DNA of 64,000 nt from Gemmatimonadaceae bacterium (GTDB lineage: Bacteria; Gemmatimonadota; Gemmatimonadetes; Gemmatimonadales; Gemmatimonadaceae): contig JBJMOW010000004.1 of the NCBI GenBank assembly GCA_045803545.1, forward strand, positions 864,001 to 928,000, in the 5' to 3' direction. Position numbers and translations under genes: made by a program. Below are positions 30,248-39,177 of this stretch, one piece after another (the first letter of the stretch is position 1; each line of letters begins with the position of its first letter). Below the pieces are notes generated by a model. The model searched no databases. It was not told the DNA's origin and was given only the letters and a program-made list of their open reading frames with translations.

Positions 30248-31672
30248 CTAAAACAGTCCGACCCGCCCCCTCACCGACTCGATCAGCTTCGCGGGATCGT
30301 ACCCGACGCCCTGCCTGAACACGATCTGCACGTTGCGGATATCGCTGATGCGGACCGATGGGTCGCCGTTGATCACGACGATGTCCGCATCCTTGCCGAT
30401 CGCAATCGACCCCGCGCGATTCGCGCGACCGAGGAACGTCGCGCCGTTCAGAGTCCCGATCCGGATCGCCTCCAGCGGCGTAAACCCGCCCTCCACCAGC
30501 AGCTCGAGGGCGCGCTGATTGGAGTAGCCGGCTACCACGCCACCGATGCCGGTTGGATCGGTGCCGACGAGGAGTGTTCCACCCGCGCGCGCGAACGCAA
30601 GCTCCATCGCCTGTGCCTTGGGAAAGAGCGTACGCCACACCGACGTCGTGCTTGTATCGACGGACGCTTTGCGCTGCTCGAACTGGGTGCGTAGGATCGG
30701 GTCGAGCACGTCGAGGCCGGGCGGCAATGGACGACCCGGGACGAACGTCTCGAATACCGTCGGCGTCGAAGTCAGCGCCACTTTGCGTTTTACCAGGTCC
30801 GCGATCAGCGAGCGCACCGCATCGCTGTTCGGATCGACAGCGGCCACTGCCTTCTGACCAACACTTTGGCCGGGACATTCATCGAGCTTCTTGTTGGCGA
30901 CGAAATCGGTCGACACATAAAACGCGTGCTCGAGATCGTCGATGCCGAGCGCGGCTGCTTCGCGGAACGTCACCGAGCAGAGATGCGCGGTCAGCTTCAT
31001 CCCGCGTTTGTGCGCTTCCTGGATTGCCGCGCCGAGCTCCGCGCGGGTGATGTGCATGTACGCCTTGAACGATGTCGCGCCCGCGTCCGCCCAGAAGTTC
31101 ACCATTCGCCGGGCGTCGGCGACGTCGGTGAGCTCGTGTACCTGATCGAGCCCAAGTCCTTTGCCTTCGAGGTAGGGCGCGGTCGCGTCGATCCACGGTC
31201 CCGGCTTGCGGCCAGCGTCGATGTCCCGCTTGATGCCGATATCGCCGAAGCCGTTGACGTTCCCGCCAGTGCGAATTGACGTAACGCCGCCCGCGAGATA
31301 GAGTCGCGTAAAGCTTTCGGCGATGTTTCCGTAAACTCCCGGTCCGGTCGGGTAGAAGAAGTGCTCGTGCACCATCACCAGTCCGGGTATCACCGATTTT
31401 CCGGTGAGATCTATGACCTGGGCACCAGCGGGAACCGCTACCGAGCTCGAGCCTCCGAGCTGGGCGATGCGTCCATCGCGGATGATCAGCGTTTGATCGT
31501 CGCGCGCCGCTGCGCCGGTGCCGTCGATTACTCGCGCGTGCGTCAGCGCCAGGATCGGCGTGTCGATGGCAACAAAGGTACGAACGTTGGCCGAAATAGT
31601 CGGGCGCTGTGCGTGTAACTTCGGCAGAGCGCACGCAAACGCGACGACGGCGATGATTGGGCGGTAGCGCAT
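30248..31672 (-). CDS. Exported amidohydrolase family protein
   Basis: PGLVMVHEH, GVTSIR, FKAY, AH, EH, GTD, GKDADIV; signal peptide. Confidence 0.88.
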   Translation of the reverse strand: MRYRPIIAVVAFACALPKLHAQRPTISANVRTFVAIDTPILALTHARVIDGTGAAARDDQTLIIRDGRIAQLGGSSSVAVPAGAQVIDLTGKSVIPGLVMVHEHFFYPTGPGVYGNIAESFTRLYLAGGVTSIRTGGNVNGFGDIGIKRDIDAGRKPGPWIDATAPYLEGKGLGLDQVHELTDVADARRMVNFWADAGATSFKAYMHITRAELGAAIQEAHKRGMKLTAHLCSVTFREAAALGIDDLEHAFYVSTDFVANKKLDECPGQSVGQKAVAAVDPNSDAVRSLIADLVKRKVALTSTPTVFETFVPGRPLPPGLDVLDPILRTQFEQRKASVDTSTTSVWRTLFPKAQAMELAFARAGGTLLVGTDPTGIGGVVAGYSNQRALELLVEGGFTPLEAIRIGTLNGATFLGRANRAGSIAIGKDADIVVINGDPSVRISDIRNVQIVFRQGVGYDPAKLIESVRGRVGLF

Positions 31673-31748
31673 TGGCAACTCAGTGCGAGAGTGGCGGGAC
31701 TAATTTACTGTTTCGTAGCGGCAGGCTGCGACAAACCGGGAGATTGTA

Positions 31749-32378
31749 ATGACTCGCATTTCCTTCGTGACTTTGGCTGGCGCGGCATTAACGTTGTCGC
31801 TGATGCCAAGTGTATCCAGCGCCCAGCGTTTGACCGGCCCGCACCCGTCTGGCGAAGTCCCGTCGCCAGTCGTGCTCGACCCCAAGGATCAATTCCAGGA
31901 CAAGTTCGCGAAAGTCGGTGACGACGTCTTCATCTCTGGCCAGCCCACCGAGCAGGCTTTACGGGACCTCGCCGCTCAGGGTGTTAAGACTGTCGTGAAT
32001 CTCCGTACACCGCCCGAGATGGCGACCCGCGTCCCGTTTGACGAAAAGGCACTCGTGCAGCAGTTGGGCATGAAGTACGTCTACCTCCCGATGCGCGGCA
32101 ACGAAGAGTACCCCTATTCGCCAGATGATCTGAGGGATTTCGGCAAGGCGATGAAGGAAACGAAAGGCAAACTCCTCCTCCATTGCACCGTCGCCTGGCG
32201 TGCGAGCCACATGTGGGCCGCCTATCTCATCCAGTTCCGCGATCTACCGGTCGCCACCGCGCTCGACCAGGCTCGCAAGATCAATCTGATGGACGATATG
32301 CGGAGCGAGGGGGAGCGGCAGCCGGTCGAGGACTTGTTGGGGCGGTCGCTTTCTGAGATCAAGCACGGGAAGCAATAG
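31749..32378 (+). CDS. Exported Cys-dependent phosphatase/sulfurtransferase-fold protein (DUF442/Blh-like)
   Basis: SGQP, VVNLR, HCTVAWRAS (CX5R loop); signal peptide. Confidence 0.8.
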   Translation: MTRISFVTLAGAALTLSLMPSVSSAQRLTGPHPSGEVPSPVVLDPKDQFQDKFAKVGDDVFISGQPTEQALRDLAAQGVKTVVNLRTPPEMATRVPFDEKALVQQLGMKYVYLPMRGNEEYPYSPDDLRDFGKAMKETKGKLLLHCTVAWRASHMWAAYLIQFRDLPVATALDQARKINLMDDMRSEGERQPVEDLLGRSLSEIKHGKQ

Positions 32379-32427
32379 CAGCTACGCTGGATTTGACGCG
32401 GTCGCTGCTTAGCACCAAACTCAGTGC

Positions 32428-33915
32428 ATGAAAATCGACCGCCGCCGCTTCCTCATCGCGTCCTCATCTGCAGTAGCCCTCGGCAAAATTCCCGTTCAGC
32501 CGAGTACAACCGAGACCCTAGCCGAATCGCCGGAACCGGAGGCCAACCTCCAGGCCCGCTCGATCGCCGTTTACACCACCGCCGACAAGACAGCCCTCCG
32601 CCTCTCCCGCACCGACACCCTCTCGTTCAAAAAGATGGGTCAGCCCGCCGAGACCCAGATCTGCGTGTTCGTCGACCCCAGCAAGCGCGGGCAGACCATC
32701 CTCGGCATTGGCGGCGCGCTCACCGATTCGTCGGCCGAGACATTTGCCAAAATTCCGGCCGCCAAACAGCAGGAAGTTCTTGACGCCTACTACGATCCGA
32801 ACAAGGGGATCCGCTACACCCTCGGGCGTACCAACATCCACAGCTGCGACTTTTCCTCCGCGAGCTACACCTACGTCACCGAAGGCGACAAGGCGCTTGC
32901 CTCGTTCAGCGTAGAACACGACAAGCAATACCGAATTCCCTTCATCAAGCGCGTGATCGCCGCAACGGGCGGCAGGCTCACACTCTTCGCCAGTCCGTGG
33001 AGTCCGCCGGCGTTCATGAAGAGCAACAACGACATGCTCCACGGCGGGAAGCTCAAGCCGGAGTTCTATCAATCGTGGGCCAACTACTACACGAAATTCA
33101 TCAAAGCCTACGAGCGCGAAGGTATTCCGGTTTGGGGCATCACCATCCAGAACGAGCCGATGGCGACCCAGACGTGGGAGTCCTGCATCTACACCGGCGA
33201 AGACGAGCGCGATTTCCTGAAGAACTTTCTCGGCCCCACCATGAAACGCGCTGGACTCGCCGACAAGAAGATCCTCGGCTGGGACCACAATCGCGATCTC
33301 ATTTACCAGCGCGCCAGCACGCTCCTCAGGGATCCCGAAGCCGCAAAGTACCTATGGGGCATCGCGTTCCACTGGTACGAGCCGTGGAGCGGTGGGCAGA
33401 TGATGTTCGACAACGTCAAGCTCGTTCACGAGACGTTCCCGGACAAACCGCTGCTGTTCACCGAAGGCACGCCCGCATCGTACGATACCGCGCGGGTTAA
33501 CGACTGGTCACTCGGCGAGCATTACGGTTATTCGATGATCAACGACTTCAACAGCGGCGCCGTCGGCTGGACTGACTGGAACGTACTGCTCGATGAACAG
33601 GGTGGTCCCAACCACGTCGGCAATTTCTGCTTCGCACCGATTCACGCGGATACAAGAACCGGCGAGCTCACCTACACCAACTCGTACTACTACATCGGTC
33701 ACTTCTCGAAGTTTGTCAGGCCGGCCGCGCGTCGAATCGCCTGCTCACCGAGCAGAAGCGCGCTGCTGTCGACGGCGTTCGTGAATCCAGATCGGACAGT
33801 GTCGACAGTGGTGATGAATCGCGGAGACGAGAAGGTCTCGTACTTCCTGTGGGTCGATGGCAACGCCGCCGAAGTCGTGAGCCCACCGCACTCCATTCAG
33901 ACTCTGGTCTTCTAG
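32428..33915 (+). CDS. Glycoside hydrolase family 30 (glucosylceramidase-like), Tat-exported
   Basis: DRRRFL Tat motif, SCDFS, ASPWSPP, QNEP acid/base, FTEG nucleophile, WTDWN. Confidence 0.9.
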   Translation: MKIDRRRFLIASSSAVALGKIPVQPSTTETLAESPEPEANLQARSIAVYTTADKTALRLSRTDTLSFKKMGQPAETQICVFVDPSKRGQTILGIGGALTDSSAETFAKIPAAKQQEVLDAYYDPNKGIRYTLGRTNIHSCDFSSASYTYVTEGDKALASFSVEHDKQYRIPFIKRVIAATGGRLTLFASPWSPPAFMKSNNDMLHGGKLKPEFYQSWANYYTKFIKAYEREGIPVWGITIQNEPMATQTWESCIYTGEDERDFLKNFLGPTMKRAGLADKKILGWDHNRDLIYQRASTLLRDPEAAKYLWGIAFHWYEPWSGGQMMFDNVKLVHETFPDKPLLFTEGTPASYDTARVNDWSLGEHYGYSMINDFNSGAVGWTDWNVLLDEQGGPNHVGNFCFAPIHADTRTGELTYTNSYYYIGHFSKFVRPAARRIACSPSRSALLSTAFVNPDRTVSTVVMNRGDEKVSYFLWVDGNAAEVVSPPHSIQTLVF

Positions 33916-33928
33916 TATCGCCGGGCGA

Positions 33929-34696
33929 TCAGGTCGCGATTTCGACGAGCAGCGGCAAGTGATCCGACGCCGTCCTCACGTCCTCGGGCGTTTGTCGGAC
34001 TTCGCAGGTTTTGAATCGCGCGGCGTACTCTTTCGGCGTGAAGACGTAATCGAGCCTCACGTGCGGGCCCCACACCGGGAAAGTGTAGCCCGGTTGGGTC
34101 TCCTGATTCGCGTGCAGCGTCCGCCACGCATCCGAATAGCCTTCGGATCCCATCATCTCGATGGTGCTGCGCGCGATGTCGCGGCCGCTCAGCCAGATCA
34201 TGCCGCGAATCCACCTCGGCATCGGAGAAGAATCAAACTTCTCGCCCGGAGCAAGCGCATTGAAATCGCCCGCCAGCAGATGAAACGCAAAGGCGCGCTT
34301 CTCCTTCGCGAGCTGCCCGTTGATTCCGTCGAGCAGGCCGCGTAGCTCCCGCGCGCGCTGCCGCTCGCTCCAATTGGAGAACCACGCGCGCAGGTGCACC
34401 ACGAATAGTCGCGGTAATCCGTCGCCGAGTACGACTTCCAGCACTGCGTGACGCGTACGCGGTGGATGGCGCCATTGAAACGTTACGACCGGAGCCTTGC
34501 TGAGAAACCCTGTCGAGTGGGCCGGTTGCGATCCGAAAAACTCGAAGCCGGCAAGTTTGGCGATTTGCTCGACGACGTTCGGCACCCTCGCTTCCTGCAG
34601 CGCCACCACATCCGGCGCGGCGGCCTTGATCACCGCCGCTATCTGCTCGGCGCGGCCGACTCCCCCTTCGCGGATATTGTAGGTGAGCAGCCGCAG
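33929..34696 (-). CDS. Endonuclease/exonuclease/phosphatase (EEP) family protein; canonical start codon missing
   Basis: Frame extends upstream of the ORF-track start as LRLLTYNIREGG (first EEP motif), then VALQE, AGDFN, RLDYVF, SDHLP; GGAGG RBS 9 nt before CTG at 34696. Confidence 0.85.
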   Translation of the reverse strand: MRLLTYNIREGGVGRAEQIAAVIKAAAPDVVALQEARVPNVVEQIAKLAGFEFFGSQPAHSTGFLSKAPVVTFQWRHPPRTRHAVLEVVLGDGLPRLFVVHLRAWFSNWSERQRARELRGLLDGINGQLAKEKRAFAFHLLAGDFNALAPGEKFDSSPMPRWIRGMIWLSGRDIARSTIEMMGSEGYSDAWRTLHANQETQPGYTFPVWGPHVRLDYVFTPKEYAARFKTCEVRQTPEDVRTASDHLPLLVEIAT

Positions 34697-34700
34697 ATCG

Positions 34701-35231
34701 TCAGTCCTCCGGTTTTTTCAACAACACGAGGTAAGGTTGATCCATCGCGAAGTCGCGCACGCCCTGCACCAGTGACGTCGTCGCCTGGAGATTTACCGGC
34801 CGATTGACCATCTCGCACAGTCGCTTTCGTACCGGCGCGAGCGTCGGCGATGCGAAGGGATGCTCCTCGCTCAGCGGCACCGAGTGGATGCCGGGAATGT
34901 GAAATTCACGAAACAGCATCACCATGTCGCCGCCGACGAAGGTCACGTCCATGTCGCTCGTTCCCGGGCCCTCCGCGTCGAACGGTTCCTCGGATCCAAA
35001 TTTGTGTCCGGTGACGGAGCTGCCTCGGAGAATTACCTCAACGCCCGGTGTGGCGGCTTCAGCCAGTACCTGCACGAATTCTTCGTATCGGCGCGAGTCA
35101 CCGCCGAAGACCAGGCGCGTTACGCGCTCGCGGATCTCTCGCTGGCTCTCAGGGTTGAGGACGTTGGCGAAGAAATCGGCGCGGGTGTTCGAGTCGTCCT
35201 GATCTGAATCAATGTGCGCTTCTTCCGACAT
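34701..35231 (-). CDS. Small Pol-beta-superfamily nucleotidyltransferase-like protein
   Basis: VILRGSSVTG...SDMDVTF matches hGS...DhD; 176 aa, acidic; ATG at 35231. Confidence 0.6.
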   Translation of the reverse strand: MSEEAHIDSDQDDSNTRADFFANVLNPESQREIRERVTRLVFGGDSRRYEEFVQVLAEAATPGVEVILRGSSVTGHKFGSEEPFDAEGPGTSDMDVTFVGGDMVMLFREFHIPGIHSVPLSEEHPFASPTLAPVRKRLCEMVNRPVNLQATTSLVQGVRDFAMDQPYLVLLKKPED

Positions 35232-35285
35232 GCGGTGGATCAACGCAGAAAGTATGCGACTGGCATACTACAACGGTGGTTTACC

Positions 35286-35780
35286 TCACCTCGCCTGGTC
35301 CAACTCCCGCGTCATCTCGATCATGGTGCGGCGAAAGCCTGCAGACTCGAATAAATGCTGCGCTGCCTCGTTGCCTTGCGCAGTCGATAGTACGACGCGC
35401 GGTGCTCCGCGTTCCTTGAGGGCCGACAATGCGGTTGTTAACAGCTGGCGACCGATGCCCTGGCCGCGAAATGCAGGATCGACAACAATGTCGTAAAGCG
35501 CGCCGGCGGGACCGCGCAGCGCCATATAGTCGATCCCTTCCATTCCGGCGTAGGTATAACCGACGACTTTGCCTTCTCTTTCCGCGACGTAGACAAAAAC
35601 GTCCTGCTTGTTGATCTGCGTACCTAGGAACCAGCCATAGTTCTCCTCGGTCTGTGGCGTCGCCGGAATGAATCTCTTTGAATCGAGCTCGTTATGCAGT
35701 CGGACCAGCAATGCGCCCAGCCGCCCCAGGGTCGGCACATCGTCGCTTGTTGCGCCCCGGATCGTAACGTCTTTAGCCAT
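35286..35780 (-). CDS. GNAT family N-acetyltransferase
   Basis: VDPAFRGQGIG motif A, N.AA..LFE..GF; ATG at 35780. Confidence 0.9.
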   Translation of the reverse strand: MAKDVTIRGATSDDVPTLGRLGALLVRLHNELDSKRFIPATPQTEENYGWFLGTQINKQDVFVYVAEREGKVVGYTYAGMEGIDYMALRGPAGALYDIVVDPAFRGQGIGRQLLTTALSALKERGAPRVVLSTAQGNEAAQHLFESAGFRRTMIEMTRELDQAR

Positions 35781-35854
35781 GCGTGTAACATATGCGGGCT
35801 CGACACCAGTTTCCCAATCCGAGTCGCGGTTCTCGTTCTGTAAACGAAGCGCAC

Positions 35855-36316
35855 CTACCGCTTCGTTGCGAGCCCAGTGATATCGGGCCAAACGAGCCAG
35901 TGCGGATTCAAATCCTGGGCCCCGTGCTTCCGATAAAACGCGCGGGCGCCCGGATTCTCCGGATCCGCATCAACGCAGATTCGTTTCGCGCCTTGGTCAC
36001 CAAACCACGAGGCGAGTACACGAAGTAACTCTGCTGCGACACCAGTCCGGCGCTTCTCAGCGACGACATTGATCCACTGCACCTCACCGTCGCAATCAAA
36101 ACGACGAGTCAGATGACCAGCGACGAAGCCGACGATCCGGGAATTGTCAACCGCGACGTAAATCACGCGCGGCGCCAACGCCTGTCTCGGGCTTAGGGCG
36201 CCGGATGCGTATCCGCGAATTCTCTCACCCCAGTATTCTTCGGTTCCCCATTCCCCAGCGCGGATCGTGGCAAGCGCGTCCCTATCAGCGTCGCTCGCTT
36301 CGCGGTATTCAATCAA
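35855..36316 (-). CDS. GNAT family N-acetyltransferase
   Basis: V...KRRTGVA, NPGARAFYRKHG; probable TTG start at 36316 overlapping the upstream stop. Confidence 0.8.
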   Translation of the reverse strand: MIEYREASDADRDALATIRAGEWGTEEYWGERIRGYASGALSPRQALAPRVIYVAVDNSRIVGFVAGHLTRRFDCDGEVQWINVVAEKRRTGVAAELLRVLASWFGDQGAKRICVDADPENPGARAFYRKHGAQDLNPHWLVWPDITGLATKR

Positions 36317-37221
36317 CGTCTTTGAACGGCTGAAGACGTGGCACCCAGCAGCGGACTGCCTGTCGATAGCGCTCGTACGACTCACCGAAGCGGACGCTGA
36401 GATCACGCTCCTCCGGCGGTCGCGCGCCGTAATTCCAAACCAGAACTCCAATCGCGACGTAGACCAGTCCAGCCCAGGATCCAAGCCACAGCACGACAGC
36501 GAACCCTTGCCCAAGTCCGGCGATCGCCATCGGGTTTCGCACATAACTGTACGGCCCGCTCAGAACGAGTTTGCGTGGACATTCCAGCGGTAGCGGCGTG
36601 CCTTCGCCCCGACGCGAGAGTATCCCACCCGACCACAGATTCAGCGCGCTGAACCCAATCAACAGGGCGATTCCCAAAGCACGCTGACCCGGGAATGAAA
36701 ACCGCGGGATGCCGACGGCATGCTCGATTGCAACAATCGTCAATGGCAGCACCAAGAGAAAAATGCTCCAGATGATCGAACACTGGAGCAGCGTTTTCTG
36801 AAGGTAGTATCGCCCGCTAGCGGGTGCCGCCGGTCGGAACAGCGCTGACGTCATCATCGAGTGCGAATGCAGCGAAGATACACGCTACGCCAGCCGGCAC
36901 CATTAGCAGAGCGCCGATCACGGGTGCGGCGCCCGTAACTGCAAGCGTGACGGTGTATATGGCGCCATAGACTGTCGCCCCTGCCACCAGCCATGCCAGC
37001 GCTCGTCGAACTCTCGAAGCATTGCCAAGTGATGCGACGACAGCCGACAACACGCCGAGCATAATCACATCACCTGGGGCGAACCCAAGCAGCGCCGCAT
37101 CGCTGGACGCCTTTGGCAGAAAAGAGACCCGCCATTCAGGACGCAGCCACAGCGTAAGCCACCATGCGATGACCGCCAAAGACTGTAATCCGAAATAGAC
37201 CCGTGCCAGCCGGCTTCTCAC
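36309..37221 (-). pseudogene. Isoprenylcysteine carboxylmethyltransferase/PEMT-family membrane protein, probably one gene split by a frameshift
   Basis: 36309..36857 has GEGTPLP, GPYSYVRNPM, EE..L..RFG..Y..Y...V..WVP; 36817..37221 is a 4-TM segment overlapping it by 41 bp in another frame. Could also be two genes. Confidence 0.55.
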
Positions 37222-37772
37222 ACGACGACCGCGGGCTGCTTCTCCGGCTCCGGTATCACTACACGTTCGGACGGTATGCTCGCAACCAGCTTCTTCGCAA
37301 AAATCAGCTTGTCGTCGCCAGCCTTGTAATACTCGATGATCCTTCCCACGAGCTCGTACCCGGTCTTTTCATAAAACGCGATCGTTCCGTCGTACGTCTC
37401 CATCGACGATGTCTCAACCAGCAGCAACTTTCCGTTGCGCCGCATCACTTCCTCCTCGGCGAACTTCAGCAATCTCTTGCCGACACCGGAGCGATGCTTC
37501 GTCTTATCGACGGCGATCCAATACAGGTCGAAAGTTGATTCAGTGAGCGGAGTGGGGCCGAAGCACACATAGCCCCACACCTTCGACTCATCTTCGCCCA
37601 CATCCTCGATAACGTAGGTGAGATAGCCGCTGTGCTCCCCGAGCTCGAGCCACTCGTCGATAAGCTCGAGGGCGGTTCCGACTTCCTCGGGCGTGAAGTT
37701 TCCCGCACTCTCCAGGATTCTGAAGACGCCGCTGCGATCGGCCGCCACCATCGGCCTGATGATCTGCTTCAT
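37218..37772 (-). CDS. GNAT family N-acetyltransferase
   Basis: DLYWIAV...HRSGVGKRLL, VETSS, FYEKTGY; 5 bp after lpdA. Confidence 0.88.
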   Translation of the reverse strand: MKQIIRPMVAADRSGVFRILESAGNFTPEEVGTALELIDEWLELGEHSGYLTYVIEDVGEDESKVWGYVCFGPTPLTESTFDLYWIAVDKTKHRSGVGKRLLKFAEEEVMRRNGKLLLVETSSMETYDGTIAFYEKTGYELVGRIIEYYKAGDDKLIFAKKLVASIPSERVVIPEPEKQPAVVV

Positions 37773-37777
37773 CGGCC

Positions 37778-39175
37778 TTATATGTGTATCGAGCGGCCGA
37801 GCACGCCAAGCGCGGCTTCCTTTACCGCCTCGCTCAGCGTCGGGTGCGAATGCACCGTGATACCAATGTCTTCCGACGAGCCACGGTACTCGAATGCGAG
37901 AACCGCCTCTTCGATCAGCTCCGAGACGTTCGGTCCAATCATGTGAGCGCCGAGCAATTCGTCCGTCTCCGCGTCGGCAATGAACTTCACAAAACCGGTA
38001 GCATCACCAGCAGTTCTCGCGCGGCCGTTGGCGGAGAAGGGAAACCGCCCGACTTTGTACTTGCGACCGCTCGCTTCGACTTCGTGCTGCGCGAGCCCGA
38101 CAGTCGCGATTTCCGGCCACGTATACACCACCGACGGCATCGACTTGTAGTCCATATGCACCTTGTGGCCGGCAATCACCTCGCAGGCGATCACGCCCTC
38201 TTCCTCTGCCTTGTGCGCGAGCAGCTTGCCGCCAACAACGTCACCGATCGCGTAGACGTTGGGAAGATTGGTGCGCATCTGGGCGTCGACTTCGATCTCC
38301 CCGCGCTTGCCGAGCTTGAGTCCCAGCGCCTGCGCGTCGATCCCGGTGAGAACTGACTTCCGGCCGATCGAAACGAGCACGTAGTCCGCGTCGAGATTCT
38401 CTTTCTTTCCGTCCTTTTCGATCTCGATGAGGATCCGCTTCGCCTCGATCTTCGCATTCGTGACTTTCGTCCCAACGCGCAGATCGAGCCCCTGCTTGCG
38501 GAAAGTTTTGTCCGCTTCCTTGATGATCTCTTCGTCATTGCCCGGCAGAATCGTCGGCATCAGCTCGACGACCGTCACTTTAGCGCCAAGCCTGCGCCAG
38601 ACGGAGCCAAGCTCGAGACCGATCACACCACCGCCGATGACGACGAGATGCTTGGGCACTTCCGGAATCGTCAACGCGCCGATGTTCGACAGAACTCTTT
38701 TCTCATCGAACTTGAGAAACGGCAGCTCGATCGGAACCGATCCCGTAGCGATGATTACGTTCTTTGCTTTATAGGACTCGGTCTTCCCATCGTTAAGGGC
38801 AACATCGACAACGTTCCCTTTTTTCAAGGTGCCGCGTCCCCGCGCCCAGGCAACTTTGTTCTTCTTGAACAGGTACTCGATGCCCTTCGTGTTCTGACCG
38901 ACGACGGCGTCCTTCCGCTTCATCATTGCCGGCAGATCGAGCGCGATCCCACTGATCTGAATTCCGTGCTGGGCGGCGTGCAGCTTTGCGAACTCGTAGT
39001 GTTCTGACGACGACAGCAGTGCCTTCGACGGAATACATCCGACGTTCACGCAGGTGCCGCCGAGCGTCTTGTCGTACTCGATGCACACTGTGTTCAACCC
39101 GAGCTGCGCCGCACGAATCGCTGCGACGTAACCGCCGGGTCCGCCGCCGATAATTGCTAGATCACAGTCCGGCAT
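37778..39175 (-). CDS. lpdA: Dihydrolipoyl dehydrogenase (E3)
   Basis: GGGPGG, GGTCVNVGCIPSK redox disulfide, GGGVIG, HPTLSE. Confidence 0.97.
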   Translation of the reverse strand: MPDCDLAIIGGGPGGYVAAIRAAQLGLNTVCIEYDKTLGGTCVNVGCIPSKALLSSSEHYEFAKLHAAQHGIQISGIALDLPAMMKRKDAVVGQNTKGIEYLFKKNKVAWARGRGTLKKGNVVDVALNDGKTESYKAKNVIIATGSVPIELPFLKFDEKRVLSNIGALTIPEVPKHLVVIGGGVIGLELGSVWRRLGAKVTVVELMPTILPGNDEEIIKEADKTFRKQGLDLRVGTKVTNAKIEAKRILIEIEKDGKKENLDADYVLVSIGRKSVLTGIDAQALGLKLGKRGEIEVDAQMRTNLPNVYAIGDVVGGKLLAHKAEEEGVIACEVIAGHKVHMDYKSMPSVVYTWPEIATVGLAQHEVEASGRKYKVGRFPFSANGRARTAGDATGFVKFIADAETDELLGAHMIGPNVSELIEEAVLAFEYRGSSEDIGITVHSHPTLSEAVKEAALGVLGRSIHI

Positions 39176-39177
39176 GG

